The position numbers and the translations under genes were made by a program. A stretch of DNA of 63,121 nt, filler included, from Rhabdomonas costata (taxonomy: Eukaryota): NCBI GenBank assembly GCA_019059605.1. It is 57 parts of 57 records of this genome, joined end to end, with 100 filler letters (N's around TTAATTAATTAA, not from the genome) between each part and the next. Parts side by side here need not be neighbours in the genome. Positions count along the whole stretch, not along the records: positions 59,895 to 60,903 come from JAHMHO010033829.1; positions 61,004 to 62,012 come from JAHMHO010033830.1; positions 62,113 to 63,121 come from JAHMHO010033831.1; 54 more parts are not named here. One strand, written 5' to 3'. Shown in pieces: positions 60,363-63,121 of the stretch (position 1 is the first letter of the stretch; the number at the start of each line of letters is the position of its first letter). The notes beneath the pieces were generated by a model that saw only the letters and a list, made by a program, of their open reading frames with translations, was not told where the DNA came from and searched no databases.

Positions 60363-62524
60363 CTGCAAAGCAAACGTGCACATTTTTGCAGCAATCAATC
60401 TGTCGTGGAAGACACCTTTCAAGTCTCGCATGTATCTTGCAGCAACTTTGTTAATGGCCGCGGACTCGCGCCGCTGAGTGACCTGCGCTGTAACTCGCCT
60501 TCGTCTTCAAATAATCCGATTCCATTTTCTGAATCTTATTGGCAATTTGGCAATTGAATTGCAAATTGGCAATCGCACACAAAATGCGCAGAAACCACAC
60601 ACCACACGGGCCAACAAGGATGAAAGGATGCGTCCCGCGGCAACGTTGCAAAGCAACATACGTTTCCTTGTTTGCAATCTGAATAGGGCATGCCCGCATG
60701 GGTAGTGTTGGGATGGCGCACCCCACAAGCCTTTGTGACGATGAAGCATATTTAGAATTTACACAAACACCGGGTGATGTGATGAGACTCTGTACAGCCA
60801 GTCGATCAATGACAAACCATCACCTGCACTTGTGCAGAACATACTTGAAGGGATGTAACAGAATAAGAGAACAGAACAGACACAACACCAGAACACCAAC
60901 ACCNNNNNNNNNNNNNNNNNNNNNNNNNNNNNNNNNNNNNNNNNNNNTTAATTAATTAANNNNNNNNNNNNNNNNNNNNNNNNNNNNNNNNNNNNNNNNN
61001 NNNTTTTGTTTGTGAGTTGGCAACTGCCTTCACAGACCATGCGGGAGACAATGCGACCCTCGGGTGATGCTCGCTCTCCTACCAACTGACATATCCACGG
61101 GCCCATGGGGGTCACTGCGGCACTGCCGCTGCTGCCTGTCGGCTGTGGTTGTGGAGGAAGCGACGCAAAAGCCAAAGAAAACAAGTGAGTGGCCCACGGA
61201 TGAGAAATACGAAAAGCAAAGAAAGCCGTGACCCGCAAGAAACGCAGCAATTATAAAGCAAGTAGAATGGGGGGGGGTAAGTGCAGAAGTACAATGGTTT
61301 AATTATCACCGTCGAAGTTCTTTGGTTTCTTGTATCAGAGAGCGTGACGAGAACTTGGTTGCCGCAAATAGAAACAAAGAAAGAAAGACGCAAAGAGAAG
61401 GGTGGGGGTGGGGACTTGAACACTTCCATCCCTGAACCCAAAGAACCCCCCGCAATTGTGTTGCATTTATTTTAGCATTTTTGCTTTGCATAAATTCATT
61501 TTCCGAAGCCTTTGTGCTTTGCATTTAAGTTACATTTGTGACGTTCAGATGCATAAAAAGCATTTATGCGCGTCCCAAACTGCCTATTGGTTAACCTAAA
61601 TGCAATTTTTTGGTCTTCACGTTAATGACGTGCTTTGAAATGCATTTTTTGCACGTCACTGCGCCACAACAGGTCAGTGAATCAGCATTCGCAGTAGCAA
61701 ACAACAACCAGTGAACAAAGCCAAAGAAAAAGCCAACGGCGCCCGGAATAAACAAGTTAGGTGGGAACCCGCATCGGCGGTCTCTAGTTCCGCTCGCAAA
61801 AATGAATCTCGGCGTAAAATGTGTGGTTCCACCCTGCTTCTTCTGCAAGGGCACCAGCTTCGCCGCACAAAGGTCGGGAGCTCACCCCAATGGACAAGTA
61901 GGACATGTTGGACACAAGGCGGAGGCCAGGAGCTGTGATCTCGAGTTTGGGGTTTGGGGTTCCCCCCGCAATTGGGAATCTGCACATGGTCGGTTAAGAG
62001 CCACACCAAAAANNNNNNNNNNNNNNNNNNNNNNNNNNNNNNNNNNNNNNNNNNNNTTAATTAATTAANNNNNNNNNNNNNNNNNNNNNNNNNNNNNNNN
62101 NNNNNNNNNNNNGGGGGTTTGGCACCCGGTAGCTCTCCCAGTGTTCCAAGAGCTGATGTCTGTATGGTATGTGTATGTGTGTATGTGTGAGAGACGAATG
62201 AGCGCTAGGAATGAACTCGCTGGTTACGGAGCTGAAGTCACATTCTGCTCTTCTGCTTGATGCAGCACACGAGGCCCTGCAAGGTATGTTTTGAGGTCTT
62301 TTATGACCTTTTGACCACAACCAACTGACAAAGCGTAAAATTAATCTTATTTTGGCAAATCGGCAGTGGACCAGCCCCCTCCCACTGTGAAAGCAACTCA
62401 ATTCGCGATGGAGTTAGTTTGAGGTATCCGGAGACTGGAGGTCGACAGCATTGAGGTTGCAGAGCAGTGAAGATGTTGAAAAGCAGGTGGAGTGGAGGTG
62501 GGGAGGCTGATGCTAAGTGGGGAC

Positions 62525-63121
62525 CTGGAGGGACTTCGAGCCTAGCACGGCAGTGCGGCGCAGCTTGTACGGCGGGAATTCAGGCGGAGCCTTATCCGTG
62601 GGCACGTACGCATGGAAGAGGTACCAGTCAAACTCCCAGAAGTTCAGGCACCTTCGCGATCGGAATGTAAAAGTGCACCCCTCGCTCCGGAACCCCCACC
62701 GAAACGAGCCAAAACAGACCGGTAAGAACCACTAAAATGGCGGTGCGCGGATAACGAGGTGGAATGATGCCTCGGAGGTGCATTTTGTCAATACCTTTTC
62801 ATGCCTTCCATTCGTTCAAAAAAAAACCACAACATAGGGGCTGCAGCGTTGATCTGCACACGAGGAAAAGGCCTCTGCATATAGTAATATCGCAGAAGCA
62901 GCAAACGATACACAATCTATACACAAGATATACAACGCGCACATAAAACCTGCTATTAAACCAAACTGCGCGTTGAACCTTAAACATTTTCCGCTCCTCC
63001 GACAAACACAAGAACACAAAACGTCTCGCAGCGATGGTTAGGTGCGCACTCCCACACCCGTCCTGCACGGTGTCCATGATCTGGAACAGCTCGCTGGAGG
63101 CGTGCTCGACGTGCCACCACC
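62525..63121 (-). CDS. EF-hand protein; exons 63121-63058 and 62651-62525
   Basis: Splicing gives ELFQIMDTVQDG-CLNFWEFDWYLF, a DxxxDGxLxxxEF loop split by a phase-2 GT-AG intron. Confidence 0.75.

Noticed and set aside
1011-62112. Regularly spaced identical TTAATTAATTAA units resembling a CRISPR or repeat array
   Set aside because: Embedded in N runs with ~1-kb 'spacers'; an assembly linker. ORFs ending in X...LIN are artefacts of it.

Overview
This is not one locus. It is a concatenation of 57 unrelated contigs of about 1 kb, joined by 56 artificial spacers (44 N + TTAATTAATTAA + 44 N), so adjacency between contigs means nothing. Many contig ends are G/T-only (or A/C-only at 3' ends), and some keep the GenomePlex/WTA universal primer, which points to whole-genome-amplified, probably single-cell, material. 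The DNA is from an intron-rich eukaryote, most plausibly a euglenozoan (euglenid-like); this is an inference. Supporting evidence: frequent GC-AG introns, one stem-loop 'intermediate' intron candidate, polypyrimidine-AG sites just upstream of start codons, TTAGGG-type repeats, and four class III cyclase fragments. Recognisable exons encode a Qc-SNARE, a NifS/SCLY-like PLP enzyme, gamma-SNAP, an MDR oxidoreductase, RING, RRM, ABCG, vWA, Rab-like GTPase, EF-hand and 27-aa LRR proteins, and a four-exon pseudokinase. Also present are two decayed Ty3/Gypsy integrases and a decayed GT-B glycosyltransferase. The two most interesting signals are (1) a hidden in-frame 126-nt GC-AG intron with self-complementary ends inside a degenerate cyclase (17242-17367), and (2) an AT-rich virus-like fibre gene whose 3' end is fused to a 204-bp-period repeat carrying hairpins and a G4 motif (13320-14283). 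All calls come from reading the sequence by eye; no database searches were run.
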